37,119 nt of DNA, from positions 1 through 37,119 of the forward strand of contig JAWBOD010000001.1 in assembly GCA_039000735.1 (NCBI GenBank), given 5' to 3'. Both the position numbers and the translations under genes were made by a program. The notes under the pieces were generated by a model, which had not been told where the DNA came from, ran no database searches, and was given only the letters and a program-made list of their open reading frames with translations. Shown here piece after piece: positions 26,034 to 35,327 of the stretch (position 1 is its first letter; each line of letters begins with the position of its first letter). The DNA is from Candidatus Aenigmatarchaeota archaeon. GTDB taxonomy: Archaea; Aenigmatarchaeota; Aenigmatarchaeia; Aenigmatarchaeales; Aenigmatarchaeaceae.

Positions 26034-26716
26034 TGGGTAAAAGAATAATTTCAAGAGCAAGAGGTCATGGCGGTCCAAGATATAGAGCACCAAGTCATAG
26101 ATATGTTGCTAAACCAAGTTATGATTTTAATAAAGCAGAAGTTGTTGACATAGTTCATGACCCTGCTAGAGATGCACCTTTAGCCAAACTTAAGGCAAAT
26201 GGTGAGGAAAAATACATAATAGCAGCAGAAGGTTTAAAAATAGGAGACATTATAGACAAAGAAGAAGTTAAGGTAGGAAATGTTTTACCTTTATATAAAA
26301 TACCAAAGGGCTATACTGTGTTTGCAATAGAAAATTATCCTGGTTCTGGTCCTAAATTTTGTTGTACAGCTGGAACAAGAGCTTTAATAATATCTCATGA
26401 TCAAGAAAAAGTTATTGTTCAAATGCCTTCAAAAGAATTTAAAGCATTTAATCCAAATTGCTTAGCTACAATAGGTATAGCAGCTGGTGGCGGTAGAGAA
26501 GATAAACCTTTTGTTAAGGCTGGTCAAATGTTTTACCTTGCACAAGCTAGAAATAAGCTTTGGCCAAGATCTTCTGCAGTTAAAATGAATCCAGTCGATC
26601 ATCCTTTTGGTGGAAGAACAAAACCAGGAACACCTAAAACAGTTTCAAGACATATGCCACCTGGTGCTAAAGTTGGTAGCATATCAGCAAGAAGAAGTGG
26701 TAAGAAAAAGAAGTGA
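26033..26716 (+). CDS. rpl2: 50S ribosomal protein L2
   Basis: [35 protein letters not shown]. Confidence 0.95.
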   Translation: MGKRIISRARGHGGPRYRAPSHRYVAKPSYDFNKAEVVDIVHDPARDAPLAKLKANGEEKYIIAAEGLKIGDIIDKEEVKVGNVLPLYKIPKGYTVFAIENYPGSGPKFCCTAGTRALIISHDQEKVIVQMPSKEFKAFNPNCLATIGIAAGGGREDKPFVKAGQMFYLAQARNKLWPRSSAVKMNPVDHPFGGRTKPGTPKTVSRHMPPGAKVGSISARRSGKKKK

Positions 26717-26721
26717 TAATT

Positions 26722-27102
26722 ATGGCTAAAGTGTTTACTTTTCGTGGAAAAACACTTGAAGAATTACAAAAAATGAGCTTAGAAGAATTTGCAAAACTTT
26801 TACCATCAAGGCAAAGAAGAAGATTGCTTAGAGGCTTTAGTGAAAAAGAAAAAAAGTTTTTAGAAAAATTAAGAAAGTCTGATAAGCCAGTTAAAACGCA
26901 TCTTAGAGATTTTATAATAATTCCTGAAATGGTTGGAAAAAAAGTTTTAGTTCACAATGGAAATAGCTGGGTTGGCGTTGATATAAAACAAGAAATGCTT
27001 GGTCATAGATTAGGTGAGTTTGCTTTAACTAGAAAAAGAGTTATTCATAGTGCTCCTGGAGTAGGTGCTACTAAATCTAGTAAATTCCTGCCATTAAAGT
27101 AG
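26722..27102 (+). CDS. rps19: 30S ribosomal protein S19
   Basis: [34 protein letters not shown]. Confidence 0.93.
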   Translation: MAKVFTFRGKTLEELQKMSLEEFAKLLPSRQRRRLLRGFSEKEKKFLEKLRKSDKPVKTHLRDFIIIPEMVGKKVLVHNGNSWVGVDIKQEMLGHRLGEFALTRKRVIHSAPGVGATKSSKFLPLK

Positions 27103-27109
27103 TGATTTT

Positions 27110-27508
27110 ATGAAGTATGCAATAAAAACAAAGGAAAAAGCTTGCGCATCAAGCACACTACCAATATCATTAAAGAATTCGGTAAAGGTTTGTAGAGCAA
27201 TAAATAGAAAAAAATTTTCTGATGCAAAAAAGTTTTTAGAAGATTTGTTAAATAAAAAAATAAGCTTAAATGGAAAATACTTTACAAAAACTGTTAAAGA
27301 AATTTTAAAGCTTTTAAATCAATTGGAAAAGAATGCAAAAAACAAAAACATTGATCCAAATCCCTTGTTTCTTTTTATTTCAGCACACAAAGGTCCTACC
27401 TTACGTAGAGCAAGAAGAAGGTGGAGAAAATTTGGTACGCAATTAAAAATATGTCATATTCAAGCAGTATTAAGTGAGAAGGATGGCTTTGGAAAAAAAG
27501 TTCATTAA
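27110..27508 (+). CDS. rpl22: 50S ribosomal protein L22
   Basis: Position between rps19 and rps3. PISLKNSVKVCRAI and a basic RRARRRWRKFG loop. Confidence 0.88.
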   Translation: MKYAIKTKEKACASSTLPISLKNSVKVCRAINRKKFSDAKKFLEDLLNKKISLNGKYFTKTVKEILKLLNQLEKNAKNKNIDPNPLFLFISAHKGPTLRRARRRWRKFGTQLKICHIQAVLSEKDGFGKKVH

Positions 27509-28130
27509 AGAAGGTATTAGAAATAAAGACATAGAAGAGTTTTTAGCAAATGAGTTTGCTAAAGCTGGTTATAGTCATTGTGAAATTCAAAGAACACCCT
27601 TAAGCACAAGAATAACTGTCTATGCTCATAAACCTGGTCTAATAATAGGTAGGGGTGGAAAAAATATTGAAACCATGACTCAAGTTTTAAAAGATAAGTT
27701 TGGTCTTGAAAATCCTCAATTAGAAGTTCAAGAAGTTACCAATCCTGATTTAGATCCTTTTATTGTTTCAAAATGGATCGCTTCTGCCATAGAAAAAGGC
27801 TTAAATTATAAGCGTGTTGCAAACCTTGCATTAGAAAGAGTTATGAATGCAGGAGCAGCTGGTGTTGCAATTAGAATTGCTGGTAAGTTAGGTTCTGATA
27901 TGGCAAGAACAGAAAAATTTTCTTCAGGATATTTAAAATATTCTGGAGACTTTGCCGATACTTTAGTTAAAACTGCTTATGCTCAAGCAAATGTAAAATT
28001 AGGAACAATTGGAATACAAGTTAGAATACTTCCTGAAAAACCTAAGGAATTAGAATTTATTATTAAAGATACTGGTGATAAAGTTGGCAATAATAAAGAA
28101 AAAGCAACTGAAGCAAATGACAAAAACTGA
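27483..28130 (+). CDS. rps3: 30S ribosomal protein S3
   Basis: MALEKKFIKEGIRN... and KH domain GLIIGRGGKNI. Confidence 0.93.
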   Translation: MALEKKFIKEGIRNKDIEEFLANEFAKAGYSHCEIQRTPLSTRITVYAHKPGLIIGRGGKNIETMTQVLKDKFGLENPQLEVQEVTNPDLDPFIVSKWIASAIEKGLNYKRVANLALERVMNAGAAGVAIRIAGKLGSDMARTEKFSSGYLKYSGDFADTLVKTAYAQANVKLGTIGIQVRILPEKPKELEFIIKDTGDKVGNNKEKATEANDKN

Positions 28131-28287
28131 TCTTATTAATAGATTAAATGAATTAAGGCTTGAACTAGCTAAAGAAAAAGGACAAATTGCAATAGGTGGT
28201 AGTCCAAGCAATCCTGGAAAAATTAAAGAAATTAAAAGAACTATAGCAAGAATTTTAACAGAATTAAAAACAAGAGGTGAAAAATAA
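28084..28287 (+). CDS. rpl29: 50S ribosomal protein L29
   Basis: A TTG start, 4 nt after GGTGAT, gives MAIIKKKQLKQMTKTDL...GGSPSNPGKIKEIKRTIARI. This is collinear with archaeal L29 as I recall it. Alternative starts: GTG at 28075 and ATG at 28117. Confidence 0.85.
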   Translation: MAIIKKKQLKQMTKTDLINRLNELRLELAKEKGQIAIGGSPSNPGKIKEIKRTIARILTELKTRGEK

Positions 28288-28298
28288 GGAGGTGTGTT

Positions 28299-28604
28299 GT
28301 GCCAGAAGTTTGTCCTGTATGTGGACTTCCTAAAGAGCTTTGTGTTTGTAAAACAATTGCAAAAGAAGAAGCAAAGATAAAAGTTTTTACAGTAAGCAGG
28401 TCTTTTGGGAAACTTGTTACAATAATAGAAGGCATAGATGAAAAAGCAAATCCAAAAGAACTTACAAAAAAGTTTAAAACAAAGCTTGCATGCGGCGGTA
28501 CTTACAAAGATGGAAAAATTGAGCTAAGAGGTGAACATAAAGAAAAAGTTAAAAAGCTTTTAATTGAATCCGGATTTCCAGAAGACAAAATTGAAGTTGA
28601 ATAA
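28299..28604 (+). CDS. Translation initiation factor aIF1/SUI1
   Basis: GTG start after GGAGGTG. CPVCGLPKELCVC zinc knuckle, then the SUI1 fold (GKLVTIIEG...ACGGT...IELRGEH). Confidence 0.9.
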   Translation: MPEVCPVCGLPKELCVCKTIAKEEAKIKVFTVSRSFGKLVTIIEGIDEKANPKELTKKFKTKLACGGTYKDGKIELRGEHKEKVKKLLIESGFPEDKIEVE

Positions 28605-28605
28605 A

Positions 28606-28884
28606 ATGATAACACCAAGGAACTTAATAAGGCACGAGCTCATAGGCTTAAATGTAGAAGTTTTTGACAGTACAAACAAATTTCAAATTGGAATTAAAGG
28701 CATTGTAGTAGACGAAACTAAAAACACTATAACTATTGAAGCTAAAAACGGCTTAAAAAAAATTCAAAAAAAAGGTGCAACATTTATATTTACAATTCCA
28801 AATGGAAAAAAAGTTAAAGTTAAGGGTGAAAAAATTTTAGCAAGACCAGAAGAAAGGGTAAAGTTAAGGGTGAAAAAATGGTAA
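28606..28884 (+). CDS. rnp1: RNase P protein component 1 (Rpp29/Pop4)
   Basis: HELIGLNVEV.DS.N...G.KGIVVDETKNT..IE. Canonical position between SUI1/L29 and S17. Confidence 0.85.
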   Translation: MITPRNLIRHELIGLNVEVFDSTNKFQIGIKGIVVDETKNTITIEAKNGLKKIQKKGATFIFTIPNGKKVKVKGEKILARPEERVKLRVKKW

Positions 28885-29216
28885 AAAACATTGGAATAGA
28901 GGCTAAGCAACCAGAAAAAGAATGTAACGATGTAAAGTGCCCATGGCACGGTCATCTTAAGCTTAGAGGAAGAGTTTTTGTAGGAGAGGTTGTTAGCGAT
29001 AAGGCTAAAAAATCTGTTGTTGTTAGATGGGATTATGTTAACTACATACCAAAGTATGAAAGATATGAAAGAAGAAACACAAAGGTTATGGCTTACAATC
29101 CAGAATGCATAAATGCAAAAAAAGGAGATGTTGTAAAGATTGCTGAGTGTAGGCCTTTAAGTAAAACAAAAAGTTTTTGCGTTATTGAAATACTAAAGAA
29201 AGGTGAAAGTAAGTGA
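28878..29216 (+). CDS. rps17: 30S ribosomal protein S17
   Basis: CNDVKCPWHGHLKLRG..F.G.VVS.K..KSVVV and GDVVKIAECRPLSKTK. Confidence 0.93.
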   Translation: MVKNIGIEAKQPEKECNDVKCPWHGHLKLRGRVFVGEVVSDKAKKSVVVRWDYVNYIPKYERYERRNTKVMAYNPECINAKKGDVVKIAECRPLSKTKSFCVIEILKKGESK

Positions 29217-29611
29217 AACCAATATCCGCTAAAATAACAAAAGCTTTACAAGTTGGAAGTTATTTAAATTGTGCAGACAATACAGGAGCAACATTACTTC
29301 AAATAATTGCAGTAAAAGGTTATAAAGGTGTAAAAAGCAGGTCTCCAAGATGCGGGGTAGGTGATTGGGTAATTTGCTCAGTAAAAGAAGGAGACATTAA
29401 AATGGTTCATGAAGTTGTTCAGGCAATTATAATCAGACAAAAAAAGGAATACAGAAGAGCAAATGGGATGAGAGTAAAGTTTGAGGACAATGCAGCTATT
29501 TTAGTTAATGAAAAAGGAGAGCCTAGAGGAACTAAAATCAAAGGTCCTGTAGCAAAAGAAGTTATTGAAAGATTTTCAGCTATTGGTAAAATTGCTACAA
29601 TGGTGGTATAA
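29213..29611 (+). CDS. rpl14: 50S ribosomal protein L14
   Basis: The GTG start overlaps the rps17 stop. LNCADNTGA and the remaining sequence are typical L14. Confidence 0.93.
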   Translation: MKPISAKITKALQVGSYLNCADNTGATLLQIIAVKGYKGVKSRSPRCGVGDWVICSVKEGDIKMVHEVVQAIIIRQKKEYRRANGMRVKFEDNAAILVNEKGEPRGTKIKGPVAKEVIERFSAIGKIATMVV

Positions 29612-29970
29612 TGAAATCAAAAAAACCAAGCAAACAAAGAAAAGCTTTGTATCAAGCACCCTTACATTTAAGACATAAGTTCCTTTCAGCACATTTATCA
29701 AAAGAATTAAGAAAGCAATGGAAAAGAAGATCCTTAAGCTTAAGAAAGGGAGATGAAGTTAAGGTAATGAGGGGAAAATTTAAAGATGTTGTTGGAAAGG
29801 TTGTAAAAATAAATTTAAAAAAATTAAAAGTTTACGTTGAAAATGTAAAAAGAAAGAAAGTTTCGGGGCAAGAGGTTTATGTTCCAATTCACCCATCAAA
29901 TCTTTTATTAATAAATCCTGTTATGGACGATCCAAAAAGAAAAGAAATATTAAAAAGAGGTAAAAAATGA
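29611..29970 (+). CDS. rpl24: 50S ribosomal protein L24 (L26e)
   Basis: KQRK..Y.APLH.R...LSAHLSKELR and KOW motif KGDEVKVMRGKFK. Confidence 0.92.
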   Translation: MKSKKPSKQRKALYQAPLHLRHKFLSAHLSKELRKQWKRRSLSLRKGDEVKVMRGKFKDVVGKVVKINLKKLKVYVENVKRKKVSGQEVYVPIHPSNLLLINPVMDDPKRKEILKRGKK

Positions 29971-30626
29971 AAAGGCTTGCTTCACCAAAATGGTGGCCAA
30001 TAGAAAGAAAAACAAAAAAATTTGTAGTTTCACCAAGAGGACCGCATAAAAAGGAACTTTCCTTGCCTTTATTAGTTTTAATTAGGGACGTTTTAAAATT
30101 AGCTGAAACTAATAGAGAAGCTAAGTCTATAATTAAAAAAGGAGAAATTTTAGTTGATGAAAGAAAAATAAAAGATCATAAGTATGGTGTTGGACTTTTA
30201 GATTCAGTTAGAATACCTTTATTAAAAAAATCTTACAGGGCTATACCAAAAAATGGCTTAGAATTTATTGAAATTCCTGAAAACGAAGCAAATTTAAAGA
30301 TTTGTAAAATTTTAGATAAAAAATCATTAAAAGGAAATAAAATTCAATTAAATTTGCATGACGGTAGAAACATCTTATCAAATGAAAAATATTCTACTCA
30401 TGATTCTTTGCTAATACAATTGCCAGAGCAAAAGATTATTGAACATGTAAAATTTGAAGAAGGTTCTTTAGCTTTGGTTTTTGGTGGTAAAAATTCAGGA
30501 AAAATCGCAAAAATAAGCAAAATAGAAGGAAATATGGTTTGGCTTAGCAATGATAAAAAGTTTGAGGTACCTAAGGAATTGGTAATTGTTGTTGGAAAGG
30601 ATAAACCTTTAATAAAACTAGAGTGA
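29967..30626 (+). CDS. rps4e: 30S ribosomal protein S4e
   Basis: KRLASPKWWPIERKTKKFVVSPRGPH and S4/KOW-like regions. Confidence 0.93.
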   Translation: MKRLASPKWWPIERKTKKFVVSPRGPHKKELSLPLLVLIRDVLKLAETNREAKSIIKKGEILVDERKIKDHKYGVGLLDSVRIPLLKKSYRAIPKNGLEFIEIPENEANLKICKILDKKSLKGNKIQLNLHDGRNILSNEKYSTHDSLLIQLPEQKIIEHVKFEEGSLALVFGGKNSGKIAKISKIEGNMVWLSNDKKFEVPKELVIVVGKDKPLIKLE

Positions 30627-30630
30627 TTTT

Positions 30631-31131
30631 ATGAATCCTATGAGAAATATTAGAATTGAAAAAATAACAATTAACATTGGTTGCGGAGAAAGCGGAGAAA
30701 AATTAGAAAGGGCTAAGAAAATGTTAGAAAACTTGGTAAACAAAAAAGTTGTTATAACTAAAACCCATAAAAGAACTACTTTTGGGATGGCTAAAGGAAG
30801 GCCTATTGGTTGCAAGGTTACTTTAAGAGGCAAGGATGCTCAAGAATTTCTTAAAAAAGCTTTAGATGCAGTTGACTTTAAATTACCTAAAAGTGTTTTT
30901 GATAAGCAAGGTAACTTTTCCTTTGGTATAAAAGAGCATATAGACCTTCCTGGAGTAAAATATGATCCAGACATAGGAATTTTTGGTATGGATGTTTGTG
31001 TTACTTTAGAAAGGCCTGGCTTTAGAGTTAAAAGAAAGAAAATTTCACATAAAATTGGTAAAAAACATTTAATAAAACCAGAAGAAGCTATGGAGTGGTT
31101 AATTAAAAATTATAATGTGGAGATAATATGA
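30631..31131 (+). CDS. rpl5: 50S ribosomal protein L5
   Basis: [16 protein letters not shown] and [12 protein letters not shown]. Confidence 0.93.
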   Translation: MNPMRNIRIEKITINIGCGESGEKLERAKKMLENLVNKKVVITKTHKRTTFGMAKGRPIGCKVTLRGKDAQEFLKKALDAVDFKLPKSVFDKQGNFSFGIKEHIDLPGVKYDPDIGIFGMDVCVTLERPGFRVKRKKISHKIGKKHLIKPEEAMEWLIKNYNVEII

Positions 31132-31286
31132 AACCAATTAAAAAAGAAAGAAAATTTGGAAAGGGAAGTAGGCGTTGTAGGCGTTGTGGTAGCTATAAAG
31201 GGGTAATTAGAAAATATGGTTTAATGTATTGTAGAAGATGCATGAGAGAAATAGCCAAGGACTTGGGATTTAAAAAGTACATGTGA
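31128..31286 (+). CDS. rps14: 30S ribosomal protein S14 (zinc-binding type)
   Basis: Not in the ORF track (52 aa): [52 protein letters not shown], with CxxC...CxxC. ATG overlaps the rpl5 stop (ATATGA). Confidence 0.9.
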   Translation: MKPIKKERKFGKGSRRCRRCGSYKGVIRKYGLMYCRRCMREIAKDLGFKKYM

Positions 31287-31291
31287 TTTTT

Positions 31292-31678
31292 ATGAGACAT
31301 GACATGGTATCCGATGTTTTTTGCACAATAAAAAACGGAGAAAAAGCCGGTAAAAAAGAAGTTATTACACCTGCGTCTAAACTAGTAAAAAACATACTAT
31401 TAATTTTACAAAAAAACAATTACATTGGTGATTTTGAATACATTGACGATAAAAAAGGTGGAAAGTTTAGAATACAACTTTTAGGAAAAATTAATGAATG
31501 CAATTCTATAAGACCTAGATTTTATGTTAAAAAGGATGAGTTTGAAAAATTTGAAAAAAGATTCTTGCCTGCAGCCGATTTTGGATTTTTAATAATTTCA
31601 ACATCAAAAGGTTTGCTAACAAATAAAGAGGCTAAAGAAAAAGGTGTTGGTGGAACTTTAATTGGTTATGTTTATTAG
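31292..31678 (+). CDS. rps8: 30S ribosomal protein S8
   Basis: Position, plus ...IKNGEKAGKKEV..PASKL..., ISTSKGL and GG.LIGYVY. Confidence 0.92.
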   Translation: MRHDMVSDVFCTIKNGEKAGKKEVITPASKLVKNILLILQKNNYIGDFEYIDDKKGGKFRIQLLGKINECNSIRPRFYVKKDEFEKFEKRFLPAADFGFLIISTSKGLLTNKEAKEKGVGGTLIGYVY

Positions 31679-31685
31679 TGATTTT

Positions 31686-32216
31686 ATGGAAAGAATAATT
31701 GAAATACCAAACGAAATTCAAGTTGAAATAGAAAACTTTAAAGTTAAAGTAAATGGGCCAAAAGGAAAATTAGAAAAAAACTTTTACAGCCCTATTTTTA
31801 AAAAAGATATTGCAATTAAAAAAAATGACAATAAAATTATAATTTCAACAAATTCTAAAAAAAGAAAAATTAAAGCAATGCTAGGAACTATTGAAGCCCA
31901 TATTAAAAACATGTTTAAAGGTGTTAAAGAAGGATACGAAGCAAGATTAAAAATTGTTTTTATGCATTTTCCATTTACAGTAAAGGTAAGTGGCAATGAA
32001 GTTATAATAAGCAACTTCTTAGGTGAAAAAACTCCAAGAAAAACAAAGATTGTTGGCGATTGTAAGGTTGAAGTAAAGGAAGATGAAATAATAGTAACCG
32101 GTATTAACAAAGAAGATGTTGGTCAAACTGCTGCTAATCTTGAAACTGCAACAAAAATAAAGGCTAGAGATAGAAGAGTTTTTCAAGACGGCATTTTCAT
32201 AACAAAAAAACCGTGA
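31686..32216 (+). CDS. rpl6: 50S ribosomal protein L6
   Basis: IPNEIQVEIENFKVKVNGPKGKLEKNF and two L6 repeats. Confidence 0.92.
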   Translation: MERIIEIPNEIQVEIENFKVKVNGPKGKLEKNFYSPIFKKDIAIKKNDNKIIISTNSKKRKIKAMLGTIEAHIKNMFKGVKEGYEARLKIVFMHFPFTVKVSGNEVIISNFLGEKTPRKTKIVGDCKVEVKEDEIIVTGINKEDVGQTAANLETATKIKARDRRVFQDGIFITKKP

Positions 32217-32220
32217 TTAA

Positions 32221-32598
32221 ATGAATAAGCTAAAATTAAGGTTAAAAATTAAAAGAAAAAAGCCAGAGTTTTTAAGAAAAAGAGGTGGAATTTATAAAAG
32301 ACTTGGCTTAAAATGGAGAACTCCAAGAGGAATACACAGTCAGCTCCGCAAACATAAAAGAGAAGCTGGAAATCTTCCAAATCCAGGCTACGGCTCTCCT
32401 AAAGAAGTTAAAGGATTACATCCATCTGGCTTTGAAGAAGTTTTAGTTTTTAATGTTAAAGACTTGGAAAAGATAAACCCACAAAAACAAGCTGTTAGAA
32501 TAGCTTCAAAAGTTGGAAAGAAAAAAAGATTAGAAATAATGAAAAGGGCAGAAGAACTTAAGTTAAAAGTTTTAAATCCTTTTAAAAAGGGGTTTTAA
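32221..32598 (+). CDS. rpl32e: 50S ribosomal protein L32e
   Basis: KKPEFLRKRGGIYKRLGLKWRTPRGIHS..RKH and AVRIASKVG.KKR. Confidence 0.9.
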   Translation: MNKLKLRLKIKRKKPEFLRKRGGIYKRLGLKWRTPRGIHSQLRKHKREAGNLPNPGYGSPKEVKGLHPSGFEEVLVFNVKDLEKINPQKQAVRIASKVGKKKRLEIMKRAEELKLKVLNPFKKGF

Positions 32599-32599
32599 T

Positions 32600-32761
32600 A
32601 TGTATTTAATTGGTAAGGGGCGCTGCCCAACTTGTGGAATAAAAGGTAAGTTGTGGAAGAAAAAACCAGAAATTTTTAGATGCCCTATTTGTAATGCTTT
32701 TTTTAACGAATTTGGTTTAATTTTAGAATCACAGGTTGAAAAGGAAGATGAATTTTTATGA
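32600..32761 (+). CDS. Small C4 zinc-ribbon protein (53 aa) between rpl32e and rpl19e
   Basis: Not in the ORF track: MYLIGKGRCPTCGIKGKLWKKKPEIFRCPICNAFFNEFGLILESQVEKEDEFL. ATG lies 1 nt after the rpl32e TAA. It fills the whole gap of an otherwise gapless operon. Confidence 0.55.
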   Translation: MYLIGKGRCPTCGIKGKLWKKKPEIFRCPICNAFFNEFGLILESQVEKEDEFL

Positions 32762-32794
32762 AAATAGAAGTTTGTATACCATTAGAGTGATTTT

Positions 32795-33238
32795 ATGGTA
32801 AGTTTGCAAAAGAAAATTGCAGCAAAAATATTAAAATGCGGCTTAGATAGAGTTTGGATTGACCCAACCAATGTTAAAGTTAAGCAAGCAATAACAAGAA
32901 AAGATATTAAAAGATTTATAAAAGAGGGAATTATTAAAAAAATTCCTGAAAAGAAAAAAGAAAAACATAAAGAAAAAAGACAACAAAGAACAGGAAGTAA
33001 AAAAGGTAGTAAATTTGCTAGAGTTGGTAAAAAAAGCTTATGGCTTAAAATAGTAAGACCTCAAAGAAAGCTTTTAAAAGAATTAAAAAAGCAAGGTAAA
33101 CTAAAACCACATGCTTACAGAATGGTTTACAAACTTATAAAAGGTAACTTTTTTAGAAGCAAAGCACACTTAATGACATACTTAAAAGAAAAAGAGTTAA
33201 TAAAAGAGGATAAAAATGAAAAGAATAAATCCATTTAA
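32795..33238 (+). CDS. rpl19e: 50S ribosomal protein L19e
   Basis: LQKKIAAKILKCGLDRVWIDP and a basic tail. Confidence 0.93.
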   Translation: MVSLQKKIAAKILKCGLDRVWIDPTNVKVKQAITRKDIKRFIKEGIIKKIPEKKKEKHKEKRQQRTGSKKGSKFARVGKKSLWLKIVRPQRKLLKELKKQGKLKPHAYRMVYKLIKGNFFRSKAHLMTYLKEKELIKEDKNEKNKSI

Positions 33239-33701
33239 AAGAAGATTAAAAAAGAAAACAAATTATAAGAAAAGGTTAGCCTTGCTAAAGTCCGGAAAAA
33301 CAAGGTTAGTTATAAGAAAAAGTTTAAGCAACATTTCTGTTCAATTCATAAATTATAAGCCAGAAGGCGATGAAACTGTTGTTTCTGCTAATTCAGTAGA
33401 ATTAAAAAAATTTGGTTTAAAGCATGGTGGTAATTTACCTGCAGCATATTTAACTGGCCTTTTAGCTGGAAAAAGAGCTAAAGAAAAAAATATTAAAGAA
33501 GCTGTGTTAGACATAGGCTTACAAACATCAACAAAGGGTTCTAGGATTTATGCTGCATTAAAAGGAGTTTTAGATTCAGGAATAAATGTTCCTCACTCAA
33601 AGGAAATATTGCCAGCAGAAGATAGAATAAAAGGAAAGCATATCTCTGAAGCAATTGAAAAGCAATTTGAAGAAATTAAAAATAAAATACAAGGTGCTTA
33701 A
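33216..33701 (+). CDS. rpl18: 50S ribosomal protein L18
   Basis: RRLKKKTNYKKRLALLKSGKTRLVIRKS.. and GLLAGKRA. Confidence 0.92.
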   Translation: MKRINPFKRRLKKKTNYKKRLALLKSGKTRLVIRKSLSNISVQFINYKPEGDETVVSANSVELKKFGLKHGGNLPAAYLTGLLAGKRAKEKNIKEAVLDIGLQTSTKGSRIYAALKGVLDSGINVPHSKEILPAEDRIKGKHISEAIEKQFEEIKNKIQGA

Positions 33702-34487
33702 ATGCCAAGAGAACCAAAAAAACAAGAGGTTGAAGAAGAAATTGAAATAAGGGAGGAAGAAGAAATAACTCCTCAAGAAATTAAAACAACTATACCAGAA
33801 GGTTGGAAACCTAAAACAGAGTTAGGAAGGAAAATTTTAGCTGGTGAAATAACAGATATATCAAAAATATTTTCTGAAGGTAAAAAAATATCTGAACCAG
33901 CCATTGTTGATATTTTGCTTCCAAATTTGGAAAAAGAAATAATATTAATTGGTGGGACAACAGGAAAGGGTGGAGGAATAAAAAGAACACCATTTAAAAG
34001 AACAGCAAGAATGCATAAAAGTGGAAGAAGGTATAGAATTTCTGTTATGACTGCCATTGGCAACAAGAATGGTTACATTGGTGTTGGTTTAGCTTCTGGC
34101 CCACCTGGAAAGCATCAAGAAGTTATTGAGAAATCTTTAAACAAAGCTAAGCTAAGTTTAATACCAATAAGAAGAGGATGTGGTTCTTGGGAATGCTTGT
34201 GTGGAACAAACCACTCTATACCATTTGCCATTGAAGGCAAAAGTGGTTCTGTAAGAATAAAATTTATGCCCGCACCAAAAGGTGTTGGGTTGGTAGTTTC
34301 TGACGAGGTTAAAAAAATAATGAGATTGGCTGGAATAAGTGATATTTGGTGCAAGTCTAGGGGTAACACTCAAATGAGAATAAATCTAATAAGAGCTACG
34401 TTTAATGCTTTAAAAAAACTTAATGCTTACAAAATTAAACCTGAATTTGAAAAGAAAAGTGGTATGACAATTGGAAAGGTTGAATAA
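33702..34487 (+). CDS. rps5: 30S ribosomal protein S5 (with acidic N-terminal extension)
   Basis: WKPKTELGRKI..GEI, GGGIKRT.FK and IGNKNGYIGVG. About 30 extra Glu-rich residues at the N-terminus. Confidence 0.93.
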   Translation: MPREPKKQEVEEEIEIREEEEITPQEIKTTIPEGWKPKTELGRKILAGEITDISKIFSEGKKISEPAIVDILLPNLEKEIILIGGTTGKGGGIKRTPFKRTARMHKSGRRYRISVMTAIGNKNGYIGVGLASGPPGKHQEVIEKSLNKAKLSLIPIRRGCGSWECLCGTNHSIPFAIEGKSGSVRIKFMPAPKGVGLVVSDEVKKIMRLAGISDIWCKSRGNTQMRINLIRATFNALKKLNAYKIKPEFEKKSGMTIGKVE

Positions 34488-34488
34488 A

Positions 34489-34914
34489 ATGTATGCTGTT
34501 GTTAGAATAAGAGGTTTGGTTGGGATAAAAAAAGAAATTAAAGACACTTTAGCCATGCTTAGACTTCATAGAAAAATGCATTGCGTTTTAATAAAAGAAA
34601 CAGAATCTATGAAAGGAATGCTTCAAAAAGTAAAAGATTATGTAACATGGGGAGAAATTGATGATAAAACTTTAATGGAGTTAATTAAAAAAAGGGCAAG
34701 AAAAATTGGAAACAAAAGATTAAGTGAAGCAGAAGCCGAGGAAGTTTTTAAAAAAATAAAGGAAATTGAAAAAATTCCTAAAGAAATTAAGCCTGTTTTT
34801 AGACTAACTCCACCTTCTAAAGGTTTTAAAAATTCTATTAAACAGCATTATCCAAAGGGTGAACTGGGCTATAGAGGAAAAGCAATTAATGAATTGCTAA
34901 AAAGGATGATTTAA
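34489..34914 (+). CDS. rpl30: 50S ribosomal protein L30
   Basis: MYAVVRIRGLVGIKKEIKDTLAMLRLHRK. Confidence 0.92.
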   Translation: MYAVVRIRGLVGIKKEIKDTLAMLRLHRKMHCVLIKETESMKGMLQKVKDYVTWGEIDDKTLMELIKKRARKIGNKRLSEAEAEEVFKKIKEIEKIPKEIKPVFRLTPPSKGFKNSIKQHYPKGELGYRGKAINELLKRMI

Positions 34915-35327
34915 TGGTTGTAAGGTTTAAGAAAAAAATTAGAAAAAAAAGAGGAACAAGAACTTGTGGATATGGAAGTCATAAAAAGCATAGAGGAGGT
35001 GGCTCAAGAGGCGGTAGAGGAAAAGCTGGATTGTTAAAGCATAAAAAATCTTGGATGCTTAAGTATGAACCTGATCATTTTGGAAAAAGAGGATTTAAAG
35101 TTCCAAAAAAAGCAAAAAAAGAAATTAAAGCTATAACATTAAGAGATTTAGATATTCTTGCAAAAAAATTAAACAAAACTGAAATAAACTTATCAGAACT
35201 TGGTTTTGATAAGGTTCTTTCTACTGGTAATTTAACTCAAGCCTTAACAATAAAGGCAAAGAAATTTACTGAAAATGCAAAAAAGAAAATTGAAGAAGTA
35301 GGTGGAAAGGCGATTGAAAATGTTTAA
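34914..35327 (+). CDS. rpl15: 50S ribosomal protein L15
   Basis: KKRGTRTCGYGSHKKHRGGGSRGGRGKAG. Confidence 0.92.
   Translation: MVVRFKKKIRKKRGTRTCGYGSHKKHRGGGSRGGRGKAGLLKHKKSWMLKYEPDHFGKRGFKVPKKAKKEIKAITLRDLDILAKKLNKTEINLSELGFDKVLSTGNLTQALTIKAKKFTENAKKKIEEVGGKAIENV

Noticed and set aside
28241-32110. Minus-strand ORFs 28241..28435, 28764..28955, 30618..30833 and 31784..32110
   Set aside because: They are antisense to rpl29/SUI1, Rpp29/rps17, rps4e/rpl5 and rpl6 respectively. Operon structure and conservation support the plus strand.
33773-34373. Four minus-strand ORFs (33773..34066, 33811..33993, 34115..34369, 34158..34373)
   Set aside because: All are antisense to the conserved rps5 gene and overlap one another. 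None has a recognisable motif.
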